A stretch of DNA of 64,000 bases, taken from the NCBI GenBank assembly GCA_951406725.2, contig OX597821.1:99572001-99636000 (forward strand), written 5' to 3'. Origin of the DNA: Octopus vulgaris. Lineage: Eukaryota. This document shows positions 27,545 through 42,092 of this stretch, piece by piece; positions within the stretch are counted from its first letter, which is position 1; each line of letters opens with the position of its first letter. The notes beneath the pieces were generated by a model. That model had not been told where the DNA came from, did no database searches, and saw only the letters and a program-made list of their open reading frames with translations. The translations under genes were made by a program, and so were the position numbers.

Positions 27545-28342
27545 AGCAGTGAGTATAACTTTGGGTTTATTTTTGTCTCTCATCACTGCTTCACAACCGG
27601 TGTTGGTTTGTTTATATCCTCATAGTGATTCGGCAAGAAAGACCAATAAAATAAATACCAGGCCACAAAGAAAGGCCAATAAAATAATGACTAGGCTACC
27701 AGTGTCTGCTTTGGCATGGTTTCTACAGCTTGATGCCTTTCCTAATGCCAGCCACTACACAGAGTAAACAAGGTACTTTTTTTGTTTATAGGTGCAGGCA
27801 TAGCTGTGGTGTTAAAAAGTTCCCCTCCCAACAACATGGTTTTGGTTTCAATTCCATTGTATTGCACCTCAAGCAAGTGTCTTCTGTCACATCCCTGGGC
27901 TGACTAAAGCTCTGTGAATGCATTTGGCTATCAGAAACTGAAAGGAATCCATTGTATATTCTTATGGTATGCAAATTAGTAACACCCGTTATCTGTAGCT
28001 ACTGTAATTGTAATTGTGTAATTGTTGAGTATATAAACAGATTGGCTGTTTGTTTTTCTGGTATTGATTGAATGATGCAGATACCTCTGAGGAGAACTCA
28101 ATAAGGTAGGAAAATTAATTAAGGCTGTTGATTATTTTTTTTTCAAATTACAGAGAGAGATAGTTAAAATTTGTCCTATATATATATAGTGGCACTTTGG
28201 GCAAGTACCTTCTACTAGTATAGCTTTTGGCCAATCAAGGCCTGTGAGTGGATTTGGTAGACGGAAACTGAAAAAAGACCATCGTATGTACACACACACA
28301 CATACACACACACACACACACGTATATATATATATATATATA

Positions 28343-29188
28343 TGGGTAAATTGTCACCATTTTATACCACTTAATTTCGTGCATGTGCATTGTTTGTTTT
28401 TGATTTTCTTGACTACACAGTATTGTAGGGTCAGTTGGGCACTATCTGCATGAAAAACAACACCATGACGCTAATCACTCTGCCAGAAATTTGGAAGCAA
28501 CATGCTGTACTGCTTGGCATTCATGCCAGAAGCTCCAGTATGAACATTTCAGAGGGTTTAGGTGTCAAGCTGAGGACATGTACCGAGAGTGATAAAAATC
28601 AAACATCCAGTCAAAATCAAGGTGTTTGGAGTGATCACTAGTGATGGCGACATTATGTCTCCATTCATCTTCCTGTACAGCCTCAGACTCAACATGGTGG
28701 AGGTAGTGCTGCCCTGGGTCAAGAGGGGGCTGCTGGAAGACCCTATGTCTGGCAACAGGACTCTGCACCATACCACACAAGCAGGAGAACCCAGTCATGG
28801 CTGTCAGACAGTGTCTGTGACCAAACCACCCCTAACGTTTGATCACGTAACTCCCCAGACTGCAATCCCCTTGATTATTTCGTATGGGGTGCAGTTGAGC
28901 AAGAGACTAACAAAACCCTTTGTAACACCAAAGATGAACTGAAGGCAAGGATTATGGCAGCATTCATCAACTTAAATAAGGAGACCATCCAGAAGAGTTA
29001 CAGGAGATTCCGAAGTCGTCAGGAAGCTGTGGTTGAAGCCAATGGCAATTTTATTGAATGAATTTACTCTTTAATATTTCAAGATATATTTTTATGTAAT
29101 TTTGGTAAATACATCTGTTAAAATGAGATGTCAGAGTTATTTTCATTTTTGCTTAATTTAGATGACAATATATTTACCACAGTCTGTA
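28343..29188 (+). mobile_element. Internally deleted DD37D (maT-type) Tc1/mariner element
   Basis: KHPVKIKVFGVITSDG...PYVWQQDSAPYH...NSPDCNPLDYFVWG...EAVVEANGNFIE*; 37 codons between the QQD and PLD aspartates; partial TIR similarity (ggtaaattgtcacc / gatgacaatatatttacc) and TA flanks. Confidence 0.85.
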
Positions 29189-30015
29189 TATATGTGTGTA
29201 TGTATTTGTGTCTGTGTTTGTCCCCACCACCATCACATGACATCCACTGTTGGTATGTTTATATCCCCATAACTTAGCAGTTCAGCAAAAGAGCCTGATA
29301 GAACAAGTACTACGTTTACAAAGAATAAATCCTCGGGTTGATTTGTTCAACTAAAACCCCTTAAGGTGGTGCTCCAGCATGGCTGCAGTCAAATGATTGG
29401 AACAAGTAAAAGAATATATATATATATATACATATACACTCTTTTACTTGTTTTACTTGTTTCAGTGATCTGACTGTGGCCATGCTGAAGCACCGCCTTT
29501 AGTAGAGCAAATCGACCACAGGACTTATTCTTTGTAAGCCTAGTACTTATTCAATCAGTCTCTTTTGCTGAACTGATATATATACATATATACATATATA
29601 TGATAGGTTTCTTTCAGTTTCCGTCTACCAAATCCACTCACAAGGCTTTGGTCAGCCCGACGCTATAGCAGAAGACACTTGTCTAAGGTGTCACGCAGTG
29701 CAACTGAACCCGGAACCATGTGGTTCGTAAGCAACCTACTTACCACACAGCCACTCCTACATCTATATATATATACATCATCATCATCATCATCGTTTAA
29801 CGTCCACTTTCCATGCTAGCATGCGCTGGCGAACCAGATGGCTGCACCAGGCTTTATATATATATATATAAATTTAGGTAATAGAATAAATAAACCTAGG
29901 GTACATATGCAGCCTGGATTTTATCTACTCCAGTCCTTAAATTTGGATTTTTAATTGCATACACAGCAATGCCAATTGTTAACCGTGAACTACAAAAGAA
30001 CTTTTTCCATTATTT

Positions 30016-30167
30016 CCATTATGTACATTATTTACATTTGATGGATATTTGTCCTCATCTTGTTTGTTGTTAACACAATGTTTTGGCTGATACATCCCCC
30101 ATCTTTCATCAGGTGTCTTGGGGAAATTTCAAACCTGGGTTCTCATTCCCAACGTTATTTTTCGATG

Positions 30168-30226
<59 letters not shown>

Positions 30227-30330
30227 GTTCAGGTCACTGCTTGGAATCGAACTCAGAATCTTGGGGTTAGTAGCCCGCGCTCTTAACCACTATGCCATAT
30301 GCTCGTGGGCATACAATAATAATAATAATG

Positions 30331-30394
<64 letters not shown>

Positions 30395-30582
30395 TAATAA
30401 TGACATCGAAAAATATCTTAAGAATGATAAACCAGGTTCGAAAATTCCCCAAAACACTTGATGAAGGCTGGAGGGTATATCAGCTGAAACGTTGTGTTAA
30501 CAACAAACAAGATGAGGACAAATATCCATCAAATGTAAATAATGTAAATAATGTACATAATTCCTCATCTCTTAAATATAGA
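30016..30582 (-). mobile_element. tRNA-headed, hammerhead-bearing element with an inverted copy of its own tail
   Basis: Minus head 30310-30228 with A box TGGCATAGTGG and B box GAGTTCGATTCC, then (AAT)n and a ~150-bp tail with a hammerhead motif (30072-30117). An inverted (AAT)n+tail copy lies at 30315-30582 with the motif at 30453-30498. Confidence 0.75.
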
Positions 30583-31890
30583 AGTGAACTTTTTTCAGTT
30601 TATCAAACTTTGATACGGGAAAAATTTACAACTTTCAATATCAGTAAATCACTATTCTTCCTGAAAGTTGGTTTTTATATTTTCTCTGGACTGCTCAAAG
30701 TTTGCTGTCTTCCTACACTTTGGATTTACTTTTACATATTACTATATATATATATATTTTATTTTGTTGTGTCTGGGGAGAGTCATTCTCTTTTGGTGCC
30801 TTATAATTATAAGACACCAAAAGAGAATGACTCACCCCAGATACAACAGAATATGCTTCAACACATAAAGAATCTTGCAAACCAAATCCACCCCCCCAAA
30901 AAAATAATAAAATAAGCTTTGGTCAAGCTAGCAAGACACTGAGAAACACTGTGTTTTACTGGTGAGTGTGTTAAATTATAAGGCAGCAAAACAGAATGAC
31001 TCTCCCCAGACACAACACAATATATATATACACGTGTCCGTTGCCAGCCTCGCCTGGCCCCCGTGCCGGTGGCATGTAAAAGCACCATCCGTTCATGGCC
31101 GTTTGCCAGCTCCGTCTGGCACCTGTGCAGGTGGCACGTAAAAAGCACCCACTACACTCACGGAGTGGTTGGCGTTAGGAAGGGCATCCAGCCCTAGAAA
31201 CACTGCCAGATCAGACTGGGCCTGATGCTGCCTTCTGGCTTCACAGACCCCAGTTGAACCGTCCAACCCATGCCAGCATGGAAAGCGGACGCTAAATGAA
31301 AATGATGATGATGATGTATGAATTTAAATCACAATATATGGATTCAAGTAATCCAGTACTACTCATAAAAAATGCTATTTAATCTATCATTCTACAGAAC
31401 ATATAGAATACATAGTATGACATAAGGGAAAAACATAAGGAGTGTATAATGTGATAAAGAACGAGAGAAAAATATACTGTGATAAAATTTATTTACCCAC
31501 CGGAAATTCTTAACGACAAGAATTTTCAATTGTTAGATAAATTTTATCATCGCATATTTCTCTTGTTATTTATCACTTTATATATATATATATATCCGAC
31601 TCGTGGCCGATGCCAGCACTGCCTCGACTGGCTTCCGTGCCGGTGGCACATAAAATACACCAATCTGACCGTGGCCGTTGCCAGCCTCGCCTGGCACCTG
31701 TGCAGGTGGCACGTAAAAAGCACCCACTACACTCACGGAGTGGTTGGCATTAGGAAGGGCATCCAGCTGTAGAAACATTGCCAGATTAGACTGGAGCCTG
31801 GTGCAGCCTTCTGGCTTCCCAGAACCCCGGTCGAACCGTCCAACCCATGCTAGCATGGAGAACGGACGTTAAACGATGATGATGATGATG

Positions 31891-31921
<31 letters not shown>

Positions 31922-32668
31922 GGTGTATACGTATATATATAATAGAAAATATGAACAAATATAGGCACAGGAGTTGCTGTGTGGTTAGTAGCTTGCTTAC
32001 CAATGACAAGATTCCAGGTTCAATCCCACTGTGTGACACCTTGGGCAAGTGTTTTCTACTATAGCCTTGGGCTGACCAAAGTGGATTTGGTAGACAGAAA
32101 CTGAGAGAAGCCCGTTGTATATATGTATATGTTTGCGTGTCTGTGTTTGTCTAGTACACTTGACAACCGATGTTGGTGTGTTTATGTCCCCTGTAACTTA
32201 GCAGTTTGGCAAAAAGTGACTGATAGAATAAGTACTAGGCTTGCAAAGAATAAGTCCTAAGGTCAATTTGTTCAACTAAAGGTAGAGCTCCAGTATGGCT
32301 GCAGTCAAATGACTGAAACAAATAAAAGAACAAAACGAAAAGAATAAATATGAACACTCTTAATTGATTTTCAAAACTTAGTAAGTTCTCATCAGTGATG
32401 TCTACATTGTCTCAACCAGTTCCAGAGAAATAAGCAGCCAATTTCTCAACTGTTAAGTATGGAAAACAATTAAATTTTGGAAAAATTGAATAAAAGTATT
32501 TTAAAAGAATGTTTGCATAGTATTCAAATACCAGGGGCATTTTCCTTGTTTCTGCCTGCCTCTGTCTCTCTTGTTTACTCCTCTATGTATGTATGTATGT
32601 ATGTATGTATGTATGTATGTATGTATGTATGTATGTATGTATGTATGTATGTATGTATCTATCTAACT

Positions 32669-32729
<61 letters not shown>

Positions 32730-32943
32730 TGTATATATATATATCTGTATACATACACACACACACACACACATATGTTAACTGGCATATATATATATAT
32801 ATTCAATGATCTTTCAGTTGTCATCTACCAAAATCCACTAACAAGGCTTTGGTTGACCTGGGGCTATAGTCGAAGACACTCGCCCAAGGTGGTGTGCAGT
32901 GAGACTGAACCTGTAACCATTTGTTGCAAAACAAGCTTCTTGG

Positions 32944-32994
<51 letters not shown>

Positions 32995-33261
32995 TATAAA
33001 CAAACAATGTCAGCTGGAATGAGACGACTGTTTCCTGCAAATTTATCAGATTCAGCCTCATATAATTATGTATTCAGCCTAGTGTATCTCCTGTCTATCT
33101 TTTCATCTTATCTAGCTACATATTTATCTGTGTGTGTGCATCTATGCATAGACATACATAAACTTACAAACTTACACATACATAGACCCAACCACACACA
33201 CACACACATATATACATATAAACATTATATATATATATTTTCATACATGTAGACATGACAT

Positions 33262-33346
<85 letters not shown>

Positions 33347-33612
33347 AGATACAAAGAGGTATATACATGCATACACACATACATGCATATATATATATAC
33401 ACATGGATTCATACATGTGTGTGTATGTATGTGCATGTGTGTGTATGTATACTCATGTATCTATTTATTTATAAATCTATCCGTTTGGCTGTTCAGCTGT
33501 ACAGCCATCTGCATATGTAGTTTTCTGTATATTTATATTTATATTTCCCTGACTATTTACTAATCTACATTCTGTGTGATCACACACACACAAACACACA
33601 CACACACATACG

Positions 33613-33644
<32 letters not shown>

Positions 33645-34107
33645 CACCTGGTGGACATATACATAAAACCACTCACCTCATATATACTCAAACTCACAGG
33701 CACACATCCATCAATACATATATACCTACATACATATACATATATAAATATATGTGTATGTATACTCAAATACACACCCATACATACACAAAATGTTTTT
33801 TTATATACTGTTCACCTTTTCAGTGACTTTTCACACATATACCATATTTGTTATATGTGTTGTGTCTGAGAAATCAGTTAAGTGATCAGTGATAATTTTG
33901 AAACTATAAGTGTTAACTGTTAACAATCTGAGCTCTACAATCTATAAATATACTCTACATCTGTACTGAGAATATTTTCCTCTTTTTTGTTAACCCAAAC
34001 ATATATATTACTATATATATATATATATATATATATAATATGTATATATAAATATATAGGTACATATATATATATACATATATATATATACACATATATA
34101 CATGCTG

Positions 34108-34157
<50 letters not shown>

Positions 34158-34168
34158 AGCAATAGGGG

Positions 34169-34235
<67 letters not shown>

Positions 34236-34307
34236 CAGACCCCGGTCGAAACCGTCCAACCCGTGCTAGCGCGGAAAACGGACGTTAAACGATGATGATG
34301 ATGATGA

Positions 34308-34340
<33 letters not shown>

Positions 34341-34376
34341 ACATAGTAATATAGGTACATATATATATATAAATAT

Positions 34377-34713
34377 GCGCAGGGACATAGAAATAATCGG
34401 ACTGAATACCCAATCGCGCGGTTAAACCATTGGGAGTGAAGGACTCCTAGCCTTTGTTAGGGCATCCTTCTAGGAGAAGGTAACTCAGGTAACTGGGATA
34501 ACTCCGACATAAAACCTGCGGCTCAGTGGTTGCCAATGATGTTGACTTGTTCTTCTTTTTGGATTATGGCTGCTGTTGCTTAGTGAGTGGGATTGACTCA
34601 GTGCACAGCCTTTCCTCACTTTAAAAAAAATCTTCTTGCACAGGCATTGCACAATAACAACATTGATTAAGCTTCGTGCAATGGCCATACTCTATAACGA
34701 AAGGGCAGCCACC
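34377..34713 (+). mobile_element. Probable non-autonomous RTE-derived element; related end at 6110-6180(-)
   Basis: gggcatccttctaggagaaggtaactc resembles RTE 5' regions; the 3' end aagcttcgtgcaatggccatactc..gggcagcca recurs inverted at 6110-6153. Confidence 0.5.
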
Positions 34714-35314
34714 ATATATATATATATATATATATATAGTAATAAAGGTCCACCACTGGAACATGCTTTAATCTAGGTAAACTTTTCACATAGTCAGCAT
34801 GGATGACAGTTTGACAGAGCCAACAAACCAGAGGACTTCTCTAAGCTCCAATTGTCTGTTTTGGTATGACTTCTATGGCTGGATGTCCTTCCTAACACCA
34901 ACCACTTCATAGAGTGTACTGGGTGCTTTTTACATGACACTTACACTAGTGATGTCACTGAGTATCTTGCAAGACAAAACCCCACAACTAAGGTAGGGTG
35001 TAGTATTGAGGAGGTGGGTCAATACCAGGTGGTAATAAGTTAAAGTATGATAGAGAGACAGAAACAGGTATCTTGCAGTAGAGGAGATACATGGTTGTCC
35101 CAGTTGGAAAAGATGTGATGTCAGAGTGTACCCTCAAAGGAAGAGGAGGTGAACATATGAGAAGTAATCCTGAGGATTTGACAGGATGAAAGTGTTGGTA
35201 AGTTCATTAGAGCATAGCTTTGTTAAATTATACATAAAATTAATCAGGAACAAGGGTGTGTTGGTGTATTGTTTATTTTGCTTCATTCAGCTTCACACTG
35301 TGAGGTCAAGTATG

Positions 35315-36211
35315 ATCATCATCATCCATCATTTTGAATCTGGGTTTTGTCCCCGTTAATGGGGGTGGCTGGATCTACCTCAGTGCCATAGCAACCACCC
35401 TCACACCATCTCACTATCTTGCCTGGTTTTGGATGTCCTCCCTTCTCAAGCCAGCCCTCCCAATCTCCTCCACCACCTGTCCCTGCCACATTTTCTTTGG
35501 TCTACCTCACTTTCACTGTCCATTTACCTCAAACTCTAGCACCCACTTCAGAATCTGCTCCTCATCCCTCCTCAAGATTTGCCCATACCACTGCACTCCA
35601 TTCACCCTTGCCAGCCATTCCACTGATTCCTCCAATCCCAGCATCCCCATCAAGTCCTCAGTCCTCCTCTTGTCAAACAGCCTCACGCCATACCCTTCTC
35701 TCACCATTGCTCTCTCAGTCCTTCTCAAAATTGCCACCTCTCTCTCTCTCTCTCTCTCAAACACCATGTCTCACTCCCATACAGCTCTCACATAACTCCT
35801 ACAGAACTTTCCTTTCGTCTTCATTGAGAACCTTTTCCCATACGATAACACTCCACATTCCCTGAACTTCACTCAGCCAAGTCTCGCTCTTGCAGTCACA
35901 GCTGCTTTACATCCCCCACTTATATCCACCCTATCTCCCAAATAACAAAACCCTCTCACCGTCTCTACCTTGTCACGTAGTATTTCCACTGACTACGCTA
36001 GCCCTCCAGCTACTTTCTCACATCTTCCACAAACAAATTCTCTTGCCAGTCTTGGGGTCAACTTCTTCATTTTCATACATCTACCATGAATCCATTTCTC
36101 ACATCCCGTACACAACACCACATTTGCCATAACCCTCCTCCCATATACACCGCATGGATCCACCTTACTCACTAACACTTCTTCTTCCACCCCACTCACC
36201 ATCACCTTTGT
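35315..36211 (-). mobile_element. RTE-clade LINE 3' fragment with PHD-like Cys cluster
   Basis: TKVMVSG..DPCGV..V.ANVVLCTGCEKWIHGRC..FVCGRC, FCYLGD..GGC.AAVTAR, LRRTERAMVR..WYGQILRR..FEVNG; (GAT)n tail. Confidence 0.85.
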
Positions 36212-37207
36212 TGGCCATCTAAATCTTCTGACCTCTCTCTCTTACCTAACTGGAAGACCCTTCTCTGCTGAACGTTTCACTAGCTTGCCAGCAGTTTATC
36301 AGTCTAAGGGCAGTGCCTTGCTCCCCGCAATGAAGTTCCTGTCTACAGTTTGTCTGTTACCAGCCCAAGGGCAGTGCTTTACAAGAGTGTAAAAGGAGAA
36401 TAGTAGATGGATAGAGATGGGGATAGAGTGAATGCAGTGAATGAATAATATGATGTAAATAAATAATGTTGAGAGAAGAAAGTTCAACCTATGGTAATTT
36501 GGTGAGAATGGAATACAGCATTTTGCTTTGTTCGACTGAGCTCATGTTTAATATTTTAGGCAAGGTGAAATAAGAGTCAACTTTGCTCTGTGGTGTTGCT
36601 TACACTTTCACTTCATTCTTTTTGGAAAGAAAGTGATGTGAAAGAATTTTGCAGCTCTGCTGAAAGGAAGTAAAATGGCAAAGAGAAAGATGCTTTTGAG
36701 TTCTTTTATATAGGCAAAAATAACTGGAAAAAAAAAATACTGGTCTTATAAAACTGATGAAAAATAGTGAATGACTGAAATATGATCTATTCCATGATGG
36801 TTGCTACATTAGTCTTCTAGTACATTGTTGGAAAATAAAGCAATTGACAGGCATAAAAAATATCGAGGAATGGCAAAAACCAAATAATGCAATCATGTTA
36901 AAAGGAAGGAATGATACAATAGTATGTAGGCCAAGGGAGCAACAGAAAATATACTGTGTATGCATGAACAATATGCAAGGGTGCAAGTGAGGTCTGCAAG
37001 TGAGGCTTTTGTACAAGCCTGCAGATTCTCTTGTGCTTTTGTACAAGTGAATCTATTAAGAGCGTGTGAAGGTGCATGGCTCAATGGTTAGAGTGCTGGG
37101 CTCACTATCATGTAGTAGTGAGTTCAATTCCTGGATTGGGCTGGGTGTTGTGTTGTGTTCTTGAGCAAGACACTTTATTTCACATTGCTCCAGACACACA
37201 AACAAAT

Positions 37208-37318
<111 letters not shown>

Positions 37319-37483
37319 TATATACGACGGGCTTCTTTCAGTTTCCATCTACCAAATCCACTCACAAGGCTTTAGTGAGGCTATATATATATGCATATAT
37401 ATGTGTGTGTGTGTGTGTAAAAATACATGCTATAGATACACACATACATATATATATATATGTATATATGTTTATGTATACAT

Positions 37484-37522
<39 letters not shown>

Positions 37523-37575
37523 CATATACGTATACACACACACATATTTATATACATATATATATGTACACATAC

Positions 37576-37644
<69 letters not shown>

Positions 37645-37731
37645 TATACATATATATATGTATACTGGATTATTAATTTTATATGTAAACAGAAGTGATA
37701 ACGATACGTGTAAGTGAACCACAAGTAATTC

Positions 37732-37765
<34 letters not shown>

Positions 37766-38272
37766 CATATGTAGGTATATGTGCATACTGCATTTTTATC
37801 TATTTTTATATCTTTCTGAAAATGGGGAAAATGCATTAACAAAATTAAAATTTCATTCTTTAGAATCTATTTATCAACATTTTCACTTCACTTTTTCTTA
37901 GGCTTCCTTATTTATCTTGGCTGTTTTCAATTTTCAATTTTTCATGCTAATATGAGAGTGATAAATATTGTTAGAGCAATTATTTTACAACTGGGTACTC
38001 ATGCTAAGGAACAGGTTTGGCTGTGTGTTGTTAAGAAGCTTGATTCCCAACCATGCAGTTCTGAGTTCAATCCCACCCTGTGGCATCTTGGGCAGTTGTC
38101 TTCTTCTATAGCCCTGTGCTGACTAAAGCCTTGTGAGAGAGGATTTGGTAGACAGAAACCGAAAGACGATTATTGTATATGTATGTATGTATCATCATCA
38201 TCGTCATTATCCTCCTCCTCCTTCTCCTCCTCCTCACCGTCATCATGATTGTCGTCATCGTCGTCATCATCT

Positions 38273-38496
38273 ATTTCTTTACTACCCACAAGGGGCTAAA
38301 CACAGTGGACAAACAAGGACAAACGGATTAAGTCGATTACATCGACCCACGTGTGTAAATGGTACTTTATTTATCGACCCCGAAAGGATGAAAGGCAAAG
38401 TCGACCTCGGCAGAATTTGAACTCAGAACGTAGCAACAGATGAAATACGCCTACGCATTTCGCCTGGCGTGCTAACGTTTCTGCCAGCTCACCGTC
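38273..38496 (-). mobile_element. tRNA-SINE family 2 (gcgagctggcaga head) with Tx1-like tail; second copy 16376-16608
   Basis: Head with gagttcaaattc B box, body gactttgcctttcatcctttcggggtcgataa, tail tgtttagccccttgtggg..taaagaaa. Confidence 0.85.
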
Positions 38497-38698
38497 GTTG
38501 TCATCATCATCATCACCAACCACCACCATCAACAGTTAATGCCCATTCATGTTGGTATGGGTTGGATAGTTTGACAGGAGCTGGTAAAGCCAGGGGCTGC
38601 AGCAGGCTCCTTTGCTCATTTTGGTATGGTTGCCCTTTCTAATGCCAACCACTCTACAGAGTGTACTGGGTGATTTTCACATGGTACTGCATGTATAT

Positions 38699-38764
<66 letters not shown>

Positions 38765-38915
38765 ATGGAGTTGTGTGCATGTGAGAAATAAATCCTGGAG
38801 TTCAAGGTGGTGCCACAGCATGGCCACAGTCAAATGACTGACACAGGTAAGTGATAAAATATAAAATACACACACACACACTCACACACACTCACACACA
38901 CACACATATATACAC

Positions 38916-38970
<55 letters not shown>

Positions 38971-39399
38971 CATATATACAGATATGAATATGATGATAGT
39001 GAACATAATGATGATGAATATGATGATGATGATGATGATGACGACGACGACAACGACGATGATGATGATGAATATGATGAACGCGACATCACTGCCACAG
39101 CCACAGCTGATGGTAAAAAAATTTGAAGCAGTAAACTAGTGTTTTTAAATATTGTCTTAAGGGCAATGGATTGATAGACTCAGTTGAGTGACAAACAAAA
39201 TGCCTTGTGGTATTTAGTCATGTTCTTTTATGCACTTGGCTTCAAATCTTGCCAACACCAAGTTTACCATTAATCCTTCCAGAGTTGATAGAATAAAGTA
39301 CCAGTTGAATACTTTTGACTCTTCCTCCAAATCTCTGGCCATGCGCTACCGAAATTATTCAACAAGCACAAACACTTCCATAACTAACCCCTCTCCCCA

Positions 39400-39449
<50 letters not shown>

Positions 39450-39522
39450 CACCACCACCACCACCACCACCACCACCACCACCACCACCACCACCACCAC
39501 CACCACCACCACCACCACTACC

Positions 39523-39587
<65 letters not shown>

Positions 39588-40354
39588 CACTACCACTACT
39601 ACTACCACTACTACCTACTACTACTACTAACACCACCACCACCACCTCCACCACTGAAATCATTACACCATCACCACAAATACAACTACGACAACCAGTA
39701 CCAATATAAATTACTACCAAAACCACCACCACCACCACCACCATCAGCACCACCACCACCACCACCATCAGCACCACCACCACCGCCGCCGCCACCACCA
39801 CCACCACCACCACCACCACCACCACCACCACCACCATCAGCACCACCACCACTGCCGCCACTACCACCACCATAAGAAACTATAACTCCCTTCCCACTAA
39901 TCACCAACATTACCATCGATCGATCATCATTTGCCAACTACCACCACTGCCATTCACCAGTCATCATTCACCATCACCATCACCATCACCTCATCCTCTG
40001 TAAAAACTTGCCCCCCCACCTCTCTTTCTCCCTCGCCACCCTATTAACAACTCTTCTCCCTACCCACACACACATACACACATCCAGCACATTGACACAG
40101 AAAGTTCAAAGTTATTATGTTGCTCCATCATTATAATCAATCACCTGTATTGATTTCATTCCAAAACTATAGAGATTTGCCTCTTGTATCAATATGTCAA
40201 TTGTCTGAAATAGTCATTAGCTTTTCCCATTTTATCAAAGAATAATTTGTATTTGTTTGCTAACGCTGTTTGTCTTTTCTTTATTTCATTATTTAAATGT
40301 TGTATTTTCTGCTGTATGGGCATTGCTAAATGTGCATATGTGCCTGTCTGTGTC

Positions 40355-40413
<59 letters not shown>

Positions 40414-40691
40414 CTGTGTGTGTGTGTGTGTGTTTGTGTACATTCTTCATGCATATGTTAATTCTTTTTCACACAAATACACACACATATATATATATAG
40501 ATATATATGTATTTATGTATGTATTTATGTATGTATATATGAATGAATGTATGTATGTATATATATACATGCATATGTGCCCGTATATATATACATATAT
40601 ATACATATATATATATATATGTATATATACACACACACACATACACACATACACACATGTATACACACACATATGTATGTGTGTCAGTGTA

Positions 40692-40725
<34 letters not shown>

Positions 40726-41223
40726 CATATATATACATGGATACACATACAAATATGTATCTTTCATTTACTTGTGCCTAATGTAAGAAATTTAATGCAA
40801 AACTTCAAGATCAAAATTGCAGAGTAACATTATATTCCAAGAAAAAAAGTGGTGGGATAGGGTTGGGGGGTGGGGAGAGGAAGATAATATATTGATTTTG
40901 CAGTTTAAAAAATAAGGGTTCTATTATATTTGAGTCCATATATGGTAGTGAACTGGCAAGAATTGTTAGAGTATTAGTAGAATGCCTTGTGGCAATTGTT
41001 CATTCTCAAGAATCTGAGTTCAGTCATTGTGAAGATCAGTTTTGTCTTTCATCCTTTTGGAGTCATAGATAGAATATCTATCAATCTATGTGTCTGTCTG
41101 TCTGTCTGTCTGTGTATGTGCAGGTTTGTGTGTGTAAGAGTATGTTTGTATGTGTGTATATATAGATGTATGAATCCATCCAAATCAATCCACACGAATC
41201 CATGCACACACACACATGCATAC

Positions 41224-41281
<58 letters not shown>

Positions 41282-41540
41282 GGGTGATGGATCCAGGCAG
41301 ATACTGTTCAAGCACTCCATAATCCAAGGTCTGGCTAATTGCATCAAATGAAATGGAATAACATGGGACTATTTAAGGTAAACAATCCCAATGTTTTTCA
41401 TGAAGTTTGCTTCACTGGATTACAAACAGTTTACTGAGTCTTGAATTATTTGAATTATCTTACCTATGTATGTATATATATATATATATATACATATATG
41501 TATCTGTATATATATATATATGTATCTGTATATATGTATC

Positions 41541-41600
<60 letters not shown>

Positions 41601-41604
<4 letters not shown>

Positions 41605-42092
41605 GTAAATCCTCGAGTATAATCCTCACTTTTTTCCAAAAAATTTGAAGGTCAAAATCCCTATTGCGTACTATATATGAGGTTAAAAAAAAAAAATATT
41701 TTCTAAGCAATGTCCAAGTCTCTATTTACTGTCCGGCAATGTTTATTCAGATGCATTTTGTGATGTTGGGCACGAAAATACCTTAAGCTAAGCCTGAAAG
41801 CAATGAAGTCATAAAAGAATCATCTATAACTTGCAGTAAGCAACATTTATTAAAATAAAAGTATTCAGAACACAGAATAACATGTAACAAAAACAATTTG
41901 CAAACATATTTACATTCCCATTATTGTATTATGCATGCATGGGAGTGTTTGTTCGACTAGGTGCTGCTGGCTTAATTATTTACGACTCAAGTTAGAGAAG
42001 TGGTGCGTATTATACACAAGGTTTAGGTTTTTCAGAGGTACAGCTCCCTAAAAATCCCCTGCGTGTTATACTCAAGGGCAGACTATACTGCG
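41601..42092. mobile_element. Tc2/pogo-like MITE, right end eroded
   Basis: TA-ccgtaaatcctcgagtata terminus; repeated gcgtattata-like subterminal motifs. Confidence 0.55.

Noticed and set aside
30228-30310. Functional tRNA gene
   Set aside because: A/B boxes are present but there is no convincing acceptor stem or oligo-T terminator; treated as a SINE head.
32354-32398. Minus-strand CTGATGA-hairpin-GAAA
   Set aside because: Stem III, the cleavage triplet and stem I do not fit well; too degenerate to call.
39230-39937. Poly-Pro/Leu (formin- or extensin-like) ORF
   Set aside because: Pure (CCA/CTA)n microsatellite; the ORF start lies in a SINE remnant.
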